Below are positions 10,388 through 19,761 of a DNA stretch of 64,000 nt, piece by piece. The first letter of the stretch is position 1, and each line of letters opens with the position of its first letter. Made by a program: the position numbers and the translations under genes. The stretch is from Bacteroidota bacterium (GTDB taxonomy: Bacteria > Bacteroidota > Bacteroidia > NS11-12g > UBA955): assembly GCA_024103355.1 (NCBI GenBank), contig JAGFIU010000029.1, positions 5,413 through 69,412 on the forward strand. The letters are read 5' to 3'. The notes below the pieces were generated by a model, which was given only the letters and a program-made list of their open reading frames with translations, was not told where the DNA came from and searched no databases.

Positions 10388-10418
10388 TTGGTCTGTAAAG
10401 TAAAAAAATATATTTTTG
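10388..10418 (+). promoter_or_regulatory. Putative sigma-A promoter for pdhA (TTG at -33, TAttTTTG at -7)
   Basis: TTG at 10388-10390 and tatttttg at 10411-10418, with a 20-nt spacer, 21 nt upstream of the ATG at 10439. It sits in the divergent recF/pdhA intergenic region. Confidence 0.4.
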
Positions 10419-10438
10419 CGCTCACTAAAAAAAGACTC

Positions 10439-11440
10439 ATGAGTAAGACTGCAAAGCTAACATTTGGAAAAGAAACTTACCGCAAATGGTATGAGTTAAT
10501 GTTATTAACCAGACGTTTTGAGGAAAAATGTGCTCAAATGTATAGCCAACAAAAGATAAGAGGATTCTTGCATTTATATAACGGTCAAGAGGCAATAACA
10601 GCCGGCACAATGAGTGCAATAGGCCCTAATGACCCATTAATTACAGCATACAGAGACCACGGGCACGCTTTGGCAGTAGGTATTGAACCTAAGTTTTTGA
10701 TGGCTGAGCTTTACGGAAAAATTACCGGAAGCAATAAAGGGAAAGGTGGTTCTATGCACATGTTTTCAAAAGCTCATCGTTTCTATGGAGGTCATGGAAT
10801 CGTGGGTGGTCAAATACCTCTGGGAGCAGGAATCGCTTTAGCTGAACAATACAAAGGTACCGGAAATGTCTGCCTGACTTATATGGGTGACGGGGCTGTA
10901 AGACAAGGTGCTTTGCACGAAACTTTTAATATGGCAATGCTTTGGAAACTGCCCGTTGTATTTATTGTTGAGAACAATGAATATGCAATGGGTACTTCAC
11001 TTCAAAGAACCACCAATCAAGTTGATATTCACAAAATGGGAGCTTCTTACGCAATGCCCTCATTCCAAGTGGATGGAATGACTTGTGAAAGTGTGCATGA
11101 GGCGATTTCTTCAGCAGTTGAAAGGGCAAGAAAAGGCGAAGGACCTACTTTTTTAGAAATCAAAACATACCGATACAGAGGTCACTCAATGTCAGACCCT
11201 GCCAAGTATAGAAGCAAAGAAGAACTTGAAGACTACAAGAAAAAAGACCCGATTGAAACTACAAAAGCTACCATGCTGAAAAACAAATTTGCCGATGCCA
11301 AATACTTTGACGAGCAGGAAGCAAGAATCGAAAAGATAATTAATGAAGCGGTTGAATTTGCTGAAAACAGCGAATTTCCTGATGCTTCAGAGTTATTTAC
11401 TGATGTTTATATAGGAGAATATCCGTTTATTATGGACTAA
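10439..11440 (+). CDS. pdhA: pyruvate dehydrogenase (acetyl-transferring) E1 component alpha subunit
   Basis: YRDHGHALAVGIEPKFLMAELYGKITGSNKGKGGSMHMFSKAHRFYGGHGIVGGQIPLGAGIALA carries the thiamine diphosphate-binding motifs of E1 alpha. The start is taken at MSKTAKLTF. Confidence 0.85.
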   Translation: MSKTAKLTFGKETYRKWYELMLLTRRFEEKCAQMYSQQKIRGFLHLYNGQEAITAGTMSAIGPNDPLITAYRDHGHALAVGIEPKFLMAELYGKITGSNKGKGGSMHMFSKAHRFYGGHGIVGGQIPLGAGIALAEQYKGTGNVCLTYMGDGAVRQGALHETFNMAMLWKLPVVFIVENNEYAMGTSLQRTTNQVDIHKMGASYAMPSFQVDGMTCESVHEAISSAVERARKGEGPTFLEIKTYRYRGHSMSDPAKYRSKEELEDYKKKDPIETTKATMLKNKFADAKYFDEQEARIEKIINEAVEFAENSEFPDASELFTDVYIGEYPFIMD

Positions 11441-11491
11441 TAATTTTCCGAAACAAAATATTACTTTTGCCAAAATTTTTTTTAACCCCGA

Positions 11492-12190
11492 ATGACAGAA
11501 CATAATCACCAAGAAAACGACTTCTATCACCGAATTATAGAGTTTGTTGAAGAAAAAAAGAAACCGCTTATCATTGGCACATTGGCAGTGGCAGCTATAG
11601 TAGCAGGATATTTCCTCTATGAAACATACGTTTCAAAACCAAAACAAAAAGAATCCTTAGAGCTATTGGCTAAAGTTCAGGATTATTTCAAACAAGATTC
11701 CTTTAGACTTGTTGTAAACGGAGCACCCGGATTCAAGAGTGCGGTTCAAATCAGTTCAGACTATTCCGGCACAAAATCCGGAAACCTTGCTAACTATTAT
11801 GCAGGAGTGAGCTATCTTAAATTAGGTGAGTATGACAATGCTATCAAATACTTAAAAAAATTTGATTCAAATGGAGATAAATTAGTAGGTGCGTTGGCTT
11901 TGGCATGTATCGGAGATGCTTATGTTGAGAAAACTGAATTTAAAGAAGGACTTAATTACTATAAACAAGCCATCGACTATAGCATCAACGAACTAACAAC
12001 CCCGATTCATGCACAAAAAGCACTAAATGTGTATATTGAATTAAAACAATATGACGATGCACTCCAGTTGATTGATAGACTTAACAATGAAAAGAACATA
12101 CCTGATGATTTTAAGAAAGAACTTAAAAAATATCAAGGTTTGATAGAAGCCAAATTAGGAAAATATAATCCGGATGTCAACAAAAAATAA
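11492..12190 (+). CDS. tetratricopeptide repeat membrane protein (YfgM-like)
   Basis: 232 aa with an N-terminal transmembrane helix (LIIGTLAVAAIVAGYFLY) followed by TPR-like helical repeats. It overlaps the ribH start by 17 nt. Confidence 0.4.
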   Translation: MTEHNHQENDFYHRIIEFVEEKKKPLIIGTLAVAAIVAGYFLYETYVSKPKQKESLELLAKVQDYFKQDSFRLVVNGAPGFKSAVQISSDYSGTKSGNLANYYAGVSYLKLGEYDNAIKYLKKFDSNGDKLVGALALACIGDAYVEKTEFKEGLNYYKQAIDYSINELTTPIHAQKALNVYIELKQYDDALQLIDRLNNEKNIPDDFKKELKKYQGLIEAKLGKYNPDVNKK

Positions 12191-12653
12191 GAATCTATCT
12201 GAATTTGAAAATCTCCCCAATGCCGGAACCGCTCGTTTCGGCATTGTTGTATCGGAATGGAACGAAGAAATTACTACTAAACTCTATGAGGGAGCATACA
12301 ACACCCTGATTCAAGCCGGATGTAATGATAAACATATAAAGACCGTAAAAGTTCCCGGTAGTTTTGAGCTACCCTTGGCAGCACAAAAATTAGCTGAATC
12401 ATCTTTTATTGATGCTGTGATTTGTTTGGGTTGTGTTATTCAGGGCGAAACTCCTCATTTTGATTTTGTTTGTAGCTCTTGTGCAAACGGAATAATGGAA
12501 GTAGGACTTAAATTTAATAAACCGGTAACTTTTGGTGTGCTCACTACCCTTAATCAACAACAAGCAGAAGACCGTGCAGGAGGAAAATATGGCAACAAAG
12601 GCATTGAAGCTGCCGTTACAGCATTGAAGATGTTGTCTTCATTGAAAAACTAA
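12174..12653 (+). CDS. ribH: 6,7-dimethyl-8-ribityllumazine synthase
   Basis: GTARFGIVVSEWNEEITTKLYEGA...VPGSFELPLAAQKLAESSFIDAVICLGCVIQGETPHFDFV is a full-length RibH match. Confidence 0.9.
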   Translation: MSTKNKNLSEFENLPNAGTARFGIVVSEWNEEITTKLYEGAYNTLIQAGCNDKHIKTVKVPGSFELPLAAQKLAESSFIDAVICLGCVIQGETPHFDFVCSSCANGIMEVGLKFNKPVTFGVLTTLNQQQAEDRAGGKYGNKGIEAAVTALKMLSSLKN

Positions 12654-12711
12654 AAGATTTTGTCTTTTTGGCATATTCTTTTCTAATCTTATTCGTTAAA
12701 ATTGCACTCCT

Positions 12712-14031
12712 ATGAAACACTTGAAAAAAATAGTACTTCTTAGCATTATTGCTTCTTTATTCTCATTTATACAAGCACAAGAACTAATAAGGTTTTCAGA
12801 CCCTGAGCTTTTGGTATCCGACTTTTTTCCTCATGACAGTGCATGGATAATTACAACCCAAAACAAAAGAGCCTTTTATTATGAAGCAAAAGACAAAAAA
12901 GACCTGACAAATCTTGACGGTTATACATGGAAATACACACTATCAGACTCAAGATTCAATGGTAAAGTTTGGTTTGATAATGAGAATGTGTATTTTGGTA
13001 ATACCAACAATACAGAGCGTGTAAATAGAAAAAACGGAACTCTCATTGACGAACTTCCCTTTGCCAATATTGACAATGCGCCCTATTCCGATGGCAAACA
13101 TGTTTATCTGATTGCTGATTATAAAGGAAAAAGATCCCAGATTTGTTATTATCTCAAGCGGAAAAAGGTAGTATGGGCGGTTCCTACTTCTAAAGACTTT
13201 AGCACTCCAATATATACTCAAAGGTTTATCATAACAAGAGATGAGACCGGGTTCCCTATTACTTTAAGTTATGACAAAGGAAAACCAATGCTGCCTGAAA
13301 AATATGAAGGAGGTTGTCCGTTTAATTCATGGGTGGATATGTTCAATATGAACAATAACGACTTGTCTGACAGCTTTTTCTATTATGACGGGTATGTTTA
13401 TGCTGTTAATTTTTACTTAGGTTTTTTAAGAAAATTTGAACCTAACAACTACCCGATTCCTTTGGTAAGTGTTGACATGAACAAGTTTACCAAGAGAGAG
13501 TCTTTCAGCTATGCAAAAATTCCTTCCGGTTCTTTATTCTACAGCAGGCAGGGTATTCAATTTGTATCTGAAACAGAATTGGATAGCCTGAATAAGACTC
13601 AAAGAAAAGGTCCTATGGGGACTTTCCAATTGAGTATTCCACTTTCAAAACCTCAATACTATAAAGTAAAGCAAACCACTCTGTTGGGTAATTTCTTAGA
13701 CTTTGAAACATCAAATTTTATTGCTTTCTTGGAGAATCGATATATTGTTTTTGAACAAAACGGACAAATGATTGGCGTAAGTCCGGTGGGCGCACGTACG
13801 TACAACTTCCCAAACTTAGGATATCCGATAGACAAGTTCAGTTTATTTGATGATATTATATTCTACTCTTCTGCCAATACTTCAGCATTAATAAAAGCCA
13901 AGATAGAGCGTGTATTTACGGAAGAAGAAATCAAAGCAATGCAGCCGCCTCAAGAGATTTTGGATATGATACAAAAAATGCAGGAAGAGCAACAAAATAC
14001 TAACTCCCAAGAGGGTAATGACAACAAATAA
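12712..14031 (+). CDS. hypothetical secreted protein
   Basis: 439 aa with signal peptide MKHLKKIVLLSIIASLFSFIQAQ. It is aromatic- and Asn-rich and beta-rich, with an acidic Q/E tail and no recognisable catalytic motifs. Confidence 0.4.
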   Translation: MKHLKKIVLLSIIASLFSFIQAQELIRFSDPELLVSDFFPHDSAWIITTQNKRAFYYEAKDKKDLTNLDGYTWKYTLSDSRFNGKVWFDNENVYFGNTNNTERVNRKNGTLIDELPFANIDNAPYSDGKHVYLIADYKGKRSQICYYLKRKKVVWAVPTSKDFSTPIYTQRFIITRDETGFPITLSYDKGKPMLPEKYEGGCPFNSWVDMFNMNNNDLSDSFFYYDGYVYAVNFYLGFLRKFEPNNYPIPLVSVDMNKFTKRESFSYAKIPSGSLFYSRQGIQFVSETELDSLNKTQRKGPMGTFQLSIPLSKPQYYKVKQTTLLGNFLDFETSNFIAFLENRYIVFEQNGQMIGVSPVGARTYNFPNLGYPIDKFSLFDDIIFYSSANTSALIKAKIERVFTEEEIKAMQPPQEILDMIQKMQEEQQNTNSQEGNDNK

Positions 14032-14653
14032 TCACTTGGGTTCTTTGTTCTTTATTGCTAATTCTGTGCTCTATAATCTGAAAATATCTTGATACAAATT
14101 TTTCAAACTCACTAAAAGTCCATTCTCTGAAATGACATTCATTATTGGGTGGACCATAAACCCAAGGGGACTTATCCAAAGCTCTGTCCGGAGTGCTAAA
14201 AATAAAATATTTGACTTGAGTGAGCGAAGATAATTCTTCCAAAAAAGAATCAGGCTCATAAACATGCTCAATCACATCAGCACATATTAACATTCCGGCA
14301 GCAAATGTTTTCCACTCTTTATTTTCATAATCAAACCAAAGTTTATCGGGATATTTCTCTTTTAGAAGTGCAGAATCTAACTCAACTCCGGCAGTAGGTT
14401 CATTTTCAAAAAAACGAATAAGTTTATATCCCGAACCACATCCTATATCCAAAATACCTTTTAATTTTTTTTCTTGATAAATTTCTTCTGCCCTTTGATA
14501 AACTTCTTGCTGAAATTCATTGGTAAGAGAACTGTCATCAAACACAAGTGCCTTTTTTCTGTGAATATATCCGCGTTTGATAGAATATTTAGGTGTTTGT
14601 AAATAAGCAACTCCAACTTTGAGCCAATAGAAAATGATTCTAAACACCTGCAT
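14000..14653 (-). CDS. class I SAM-dependent methyltransferase
   Basis: Motif I ILDIGCGSGYKLIRFF, an acidic post-I motif ELD and the LICADVIEHV motif. It is convergent with the upstream gene and their 3' ends overlap. Confidence 0.6.
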   Translation of the reverse strand: MQVFRIIFYWLKVGVAYLQTPKYSIKRGYIHRKKALVFDDSSLTNEFQQEVYQRAEEIYQEKKLKGILDIGCGSGYKLIRFFENEPTAGVELDSALLKEKYPDKLWFDYENKEWKTFAAGMLICADVIEHVYEPDSFLEELSSLTQVKYFIFSTPDRALDKSPWVYGPPNNECHFREWTFSEFEKFVSRYFQIIEHRISNKEQRTQVIICCHYPLGS

Positions 14654-14658
14654 AACTG

Positions 14659-15432
14659 CTAAGAATTTGCGATGAGGTTTCCGGTATATGTTTTCAATTC
14701 CAAATTATTCCCGTCAAATTCGGCATAGGTGAAATGTGTAACCCACTCTCCCAAGTTGATATAGCGAGCATTGTCCGAAAGTTTTATATCCAAAGGAAGG
14801 TGTCTGTGTCCAAAGATAAAATAATCAAAATGCTCTTGCGTTAGTTTTGATTTTGCAAATTGGGTCAGGAATTCTTTGTCATCACCTTTATATTCGAGGT
14901 CAGAGCGATAATTTGCTTTTCTGCTGTTTGCTGAAAAAAACCGAGCCAATGCAATTCCAAAATTAGGGTGAAAACGTGCAAAAAGCCATTGAAAGAAAGG
15001 GTTTCTAAAAATAGATTTGAGAAATTTGTATCCTGCGTCCCCTTTGCCTAATCCGTCTCCATGGTGCAGAAAGAACTTTTTGCCGGCTCTTTGGATTATC
15101 AACTCATTTGAAATAATCTTAACACCTAACTCTTTTTCAAGATATCCAAACATCCACATATCATGATTTCCTTTAAAAATTGTAACCGGAATTCCTGCAT
15201 CAACCAACTCTGCAATTTTACCAAGAAACCTTGAGAAACCTTTGGGTATAACCGTTTTATATTCAAACCAAAAATCAAAGATATCGCCTAATAAATAAAC
15301 TTCTGAAGCATCCTTTTGGATTTGTGAAAGCCAATTAACAACCTCTCTTTCACGCTGATGATTGCCGGAATCTCTTTCATATCCAAGATGAAAATCAGAT
15401 GCAAAATAGATTTTAATATTAGTTTCGCTCAA
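14659..15432 (-). CDS. lpxH: UDP-2,3-diacylglucosamine diphosphatase (LpxH)
   Basis: Metallophosphoesterase motifs in LpxH order: SDFH, LLGDIFDFW, GNHD, HHGDGLGKGDAGYKF, NSRKANY, IFGHRH. Confidence 0.8.
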   Translation of the reverse strand: MSETNIKIYFASDFHLGYERDSGNHQREREVVNWLSQIQKDASEVYLLGDIFDFWFEYKTVIPKGFSRFLGKIAELVDAGIPVTIFKGNHDMWMFGYLEKELGVKIISNELIIQRAGKKFFLHHGDGLGKGDAGYKFLKSIFRNPFFQWLFARFHPNFGIALARFFSANSRKANYRSDLEYKGDDKEFLTQFAKSKLTQEHFDYFIFGHRHLPLDIKLSDNARYINLGEWVTHFTYAEFDGNNLELKTYTGNLIANS

Positions 15433-15475
15433 AGCGGTTCAAAAGTGCGAATTTTCCTGCTTAAAAGAAAATAAA

Positions 15476-16299
15476 TTAGAACTCAAATTCTCTTTGAGCA
15501 TAGGCAACTCCATTAAAAAACAATATTACTTTATATTTTCCTTCTTGAAAATCAACATCATTAAGCCAGTACTCAAATTTGTTATAGCCAAGTTGAGATT
15601 TGATGTCTTGAGCAAGGGTTTTAACAATTTTGCCTTCACTATCAAAAACCTTGATAGATACCAGTCCTTGTTTTTTGAATTCAGAATCAAATTGAATCTT
15701 TGTTGTTTGAGATACCGTATTCAATGTACTTTTAATCCGAAGAACAAATGCATATAATTCCTTTCCTAAATCAGTTTCATCTTTAGATATTCTAAAATCA
15801 TAATCATCAGTAATTGCCCATACTGCATTCTGACCCAAAGAATTTTGGCAGTTTCTTTTTTCAAGAAATCTTGCTAATGCAACTAATCCATCATGTGCCA
15901 TTTGCCCCACTCTGAATTTTGAGTTTATACTTGGAGAATTCTTCCCTTTTTGACTACACATTGCGAACAACTTGATTCTTCTACTTTTTTTTGGTTCAAC
16001 TTTAACCTTCACACTTTTAGTCAATAACATTGTTTGAACTAGCGTATCAAATGATGGGAAGAGTCTGCCTGATTCAATGTCTATGATAAAAGCAGTATTT
16101 GTTTTATTGGTTATTTGTGCTTGCAAACAATCTCCATAATGGGAAGACACCCCGGATTTTGACTTATCAATTGATGCACCATTAATAGTTATTGAAACCA
16201 AGTTTCATCTCAATGCATCCTCAATACTATAACTTTGTTGTGCAAACAATCCTGTAACAGATAGCAAAAAGAGAAATAACAAAAAATGCTTATTCATGT
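15476..16299 (-). pseudogene. secreted protein gene split by a frameshift between its signal peptide and mature body (or a sequencing error)
   Basis: Minus-strand ATG at 16299 encodes MNKHFLLFLFLLSVTGLFAQQSYSIEDALR and then TGA (16209-16207). The body ORF (MKLVVSITINGASIDKS..., 241+ aa) starts at the overlapping ATG at 16210 in another frame. The body-frame stop is 5 codons upstream of that ATG. Confidence 0.5.
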
Positions 16300-16483
16300 T
16301 TCAAATTTTTGGTTGAATAATGGTGTTAAAATGACGGAGCAATTGGCAATTTAGAATTTAAACGGAGTTCAGAAACAAAAAGTATTTTATGAAGAAGCTA
16401 ATCGATTAATTTCAATAACAATCAATATAATTTTCTTATTGACAGCATATTAAAGTACTTTGTATTTCTTCAATTTATCAGAG

Positions 16484-16882
16484 ATGGAAAAGAAATTAAC
16501 AGAAAAAGAGTGGCAACAAAAATTGGATGCGGAATCTTATCATGTAATGCGTCAAAAAGGAACAGAAAGACCATTCAGCGGAAAATTTAATAATCATTGG
16601 GAAAAGGGGAATTATGTATGCAAAGGTTGTGGTAATCCCTTGTTTAAATCAACAACAAAATTTGACGCTGGTTGTGGTTGGCCATCATTTTATGATGTTT
16701 TGGATAAATCTGCTGTGGTTTTGAAGCCAGACTATAGTCATTCCATGATTAGAACTGAGGTTATCTGTGCTAGTTGCGGAAGTCATTTAGGGCATGTTTT
16801 TGATGATGGTCCTAAGCCTACAAATCAACGATATTGTATAAATTCCGTTTGTTTAGAGTTTGAAAACAAAAGTGAGATTTGA
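16484..16882 (+). CDS. msrB: peptide-methionine (R)-S-oxide reductase MsrB
   Basis: Two CxxC pairs (CKGCGNPLF and [16 protein letters not shown]) plus the catalytic-site motif [10 protein letters not shown]. Confidence 0.9.
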   Translation: MEKKLTEKEWQQKLDAESYHVMRQKGTERPFSGKFNNHWEKGNYVCKGCGNPLFKSTTKFDAGCGWPSFYDVLDKSAVVLKPDYSHSMIRTEVICASCGSHLGHVFDDGPKPTNQRYCINSVCLEFENKSEI

Positions 16883-16971
16883 AGAAATCCAATTCAAAAA
16901 TGGCGTAGTGTTGTTTTGTAAATCGGCTGATTTTAGATAGGTTTGCAACTCATTTTAAGTGAATTCAAATA

Positions 16972-18204
16972 ATGGCAAAATTAATAGCCCTAAATAAGAT
17001 GACCGACACCATGAAAGAAGGTGTTTTGGTTAGATGGAGTAAGAAAAAAGGTGATACCGTAAAGCCCGGAGACATTCTTGCAGAAGTCGAAACAGACAAA
17101 GCAACGATGGACTTGGAGAACTTCGAATCAGGAACCATTCTTGAATTATTGGTAAAAGAAGGCAGCACAGTTCCAATAGGAGGTGCCATTGCTGTATTGG
17201 GAAACAAAGGAGAAGACTATTCAGTATTGTTGGCAGAAGCAAAAAGCAATAGCAGTGCAGCCGATCATAAGGAAGAATCTAAACCTGCAGAAGAAAAGAC
17301 AACTTCTGCTCCGACTGCTCTACCTACCTCAACATCACATCATTCAGGTTCTGATGATGGTCGTTTGAAAGCATCTCCACTTGCCAAAAAATTGGCTTCT
17401 GAAAAAGGGATAGACATCAACGCAGTAACCGGAACCGGAGAAGGAGGAAGAATTATCAAAAAGGATATTGAAAACTACAGCCCGTCTGCTGGAGCCGGTG
17501 TAACTTCATTTGCCTTAGGAAAAGAAGGATTTAGTGAAATTCCGGTATCGCAAATGCGTAAAACCATTGCAGCACGATTGGCAGAAAGTAAATTTACTGC
17601 ACCTCATTTCTATCTAACCATGGAAATTGAGATGGATAATGTTCTTAAATCAAGAGAAAGAATCAATGCAAACGGTGATTTAAAAATTTCTGTTAATGAT
17701 ATTATTGTGAAAGCCGCTGCCACCGCCTTGAGAAAACATCCACAGGTAAATTCTTCTTGGCTTGGGGATAAGATAAGAACATATCATCATATTCACATAG
17801 GAGTTGCTGTTGCAGTTGACGAAGGACTTTTAGTGCCGGTAGTCAGATTTGCAGACCAAAAACCACTTTCTACAATCAGCGCTGAGGTAAAAGAATTCAG
17901 TAAGAAAGCCAAAGAGAAAAAACTCCAGCCTCAAGATTGGGCAGGCAATACATTTACAGTATCTAATCTAGGAATGTTTGGCATTGAAGAGTTCACAGCC
18001 ATAATCAATCCTCCGGACGCTTGTATTTTAGCTATTGGTGCAACAAAAGACACCGTTGCTATTGTGAATGGTGAAATTGTTGGCAAAAAAGTGATGAAAG
18101 TAACCCTCAGTTGCGACCACAGAGTTGTGGATGGCGTTGTGGGAAGCAAGTTTTTGCAAACTTTCAAAGAATATATGGAAGATCCTGTGAGGATGTTGGT
18201 CTAA
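16972..18204 (+). CDS. 2-oxoacid dehydrogenase E2 component (dihydrolipoamide acyltransferase)
   Basis: Lipoyl domain AEVETDKATMDLE, an Ala/Pro-rich linker, a peripheral subunit-binding domain, and a catalytic domain carrying DHRVVDG. Confidence 0.85.
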   Translation: MAKLIALNKMTDTMKEGVLVRWSKKKGDTVKPGDILAEVETDKATMDLENFESGTILELLVKEGSTVPIGGAIAVLGNKGEDYSVLLAEAKSNSSAADHKEESKPAEEKTTSAPTALPTSTSHHSGSDDGRLKASPLAKKLASEKGIDINAVTGTGEGGRIIKKDIENYSPSAGAGVTSFALGKEGFSEIPVSQMRKTIAARLAESKFTAPHFYLTMEIEMDNVLKSRERINANGDLKISVNDIIVKAAATALRKHPQVNSSWLGDKIRTYHHIHIGVAVAVDEGLLVPVVRFADQKPLSTISAEVKEFSKKAKEKKLQPQDWAGNTFTVSNLGMFGIEEFTAIINPPDACILAIGATKDTVAIVNGEIVGKKVMKVTLSCDHRVVDGVVGSKFLQTFKEYMEDPVRMLV

Positions 18205-18240
18205 AACAGATTTAGTCTCTCATATTTCTATTTTCTAAGT

Positions 18241-19689
18241 TTAATAACCATAGAAATTATAGAATTTTCTCTGACCTTCAGCAGAGATTCCTTCTATTTG
18301 GATTCTTCCATTTGCATTGGAGAGCCATTGTATAACATCACCGGGTTCTCTACATTCTTTGCCGTTAAACTTTACAAAGATAAAGTCATCAGACAGCCCC
18401 ATTCTACGTATAAAACCTGAACGGACTTCGCTGACTTTCACTCCGTATTCGATTCCATAACGCTGCATTTCTAATTTAGAAACTTTAGAGAAATCAGCAC
18501 CCAGCTCATCTGAACGAATCGAAGTCTTTTTGATTAACTCGGTATTACCTTGTTTATTGATAAGCACTAAAACCGCATCTTTGATTTTTCCGTCTCTTTT
18601 ATAGCTGATTTTAATTTTATCTCCCGGTCTTTGATAAGAGAGATATTCGTCATAGGAGGATTTTGTATCAACCGCCCTGTCTTGTATTCCTACAATTAAG
18701 TCACCTGCGCGTATTCCTGCTTTGAATGCAGGGCCATCTTCCAAAACATTGGAAACATATACTCCATTATCAAAGGAGATTTTCAATTTTTGTTGGGTTT
18801 CATAATCAATATCAGCCACATCCATACCTGTAAAACCGCGTTGAACCTCACCAAATTCAATTAAATCTTTGACAGTCTTAACCACAATATTCACCGGAAT
18901 TGCAAACCCGTATCCGCTGTATGAGCCTGTTTGAGACATTATTGCTGTATTGATTCCCACAAGTTCACCTTTAGTGTTAACCAAAGCCCCGCCTGAATTA
19001 CCGGGATTGATGGCTGCGTCCGTTTGTATAAAAGATTCTATCGGAAATTGATTGTGTACAATATTGATATTTCTTCCTTTTGCGCTCACAATTCCCGCTG
19101 TAACAGTAGAGGTAAGGTTAAAAGGATTTCCTACTGCAAGTACCCATTCTCCTATTTGCAGATTATCAGAATTTCCTGTCTTGATAGCCGGAAGATTATC
19201 CATATCAATTTTAATCAGAGCTAAGTCAGTGGAAGGATCTGAGCCTATAAGTTTTGCGGGATAAACTTTTTTGCGGTTATTTAAAACTACCTCAATCTTG
19301 ATTGCATCTTTGACAACGTGCAAGTTCGTAGCAATATATCCGTCTTTTGACATAATAACCCCCGAACCGGTACTGGAAACCTGACCAATGCTACCAAATG
19401 GGTCATAGTCAAAAAACCAAAACGGACTGGACGTTCTCACTTCTGAAATTGTTTTAACAAACACTACCGAAGGAGTTGTCATTGCTGATGCTTGCACAAA
19501 ATCAGCAAATTCTGTAGTTTTTGATTCGTCTTGGAATGAAACCGAATTTGTCCTGAATTTATTTTCAGCCAACTTCAATTCATTTTTAAAATCATAATGA
19601 GTTTTAGTGGTTAAACTAAAAACCCAAGCTCCTCCAAAACCAAATATTGCAGCACCAAGAAGAAAAAAAATTTTTTGTTTCATAATCAA
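18241..19689 (-). CDS. HtrA/DegQ family periplasmic serine protease with PDZ domains
   Basis: Catalytic triad context: ATNLHVV (His), an Asp region, and GNSGGALVN (Ser). Two C-terminal PDZ-like segments. Confidence 0.85.
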   Translation of the reverse strand: MIMKQKIFFLLGAAIFGFGGAWVFSLTTKTHYDFKNELKLAENKFRTNSVSFQDESKTTEFADFVQASAMTTPSVVFVKTISEVRTSSPFWFFDYDPFGSIGQVSSTGSGVIMSKDGYIATNLHVVKDAIKIEVVLNNRKKVYPAKLIGSDPSTDLALIKIDMDNLPAIKTGNSDNLQIGEWVLAVGNPFNLTSTVTAGIVSAKGRNINIVHNQFPIESFIQTDAAINPGNSGGALVNTKGELVGINTAIMSQTGSYSGYGFAIPVNIVVKTVKDLIEFGEVQRGFTGMDVADIDYETQQKLKISFDNGVYVSNVLEDGPAFKAGIRAGDLIVGIQDRAVDTKSSYDEYLSYQRPGDKIKISYKRDGKIKDAVLVLINKQGNTELIKKTSIRSDELGADFSKVSKLEMQRYGIEYGVKVSEVRSGFIRRMGLSDDFIFVKFNGKECREPGDVIQWLSNANGRIQIEGISAEGQRKFYNFYGY

Positions 19690-19722
19690 AGCAAAAATAA
19701 TGTTTCAAACAATAATGAAACA
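19690..19722 (-). terminator. Possible terminator or attenuator between the DUF1573 gene and htrA
   Basis: Inverted repeat tgtttca-N8-tgaaaca (19701-19722). On the minus strand it is followed by ttatttttg. Confidence 0.3.
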
Positions 19723-19761
19723 CGGATTTGTTAAAATGTATCAATCAATTTACCAATGTAG

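Noticed and set aside
16965-17242. Two short minus-strand ORFs overlapping the start of the E2 acyltransferase gene
   Set aside because: Antisense to the lipoyl domain, which has a clear AEVETDKATMDLE motif on the plus strand.
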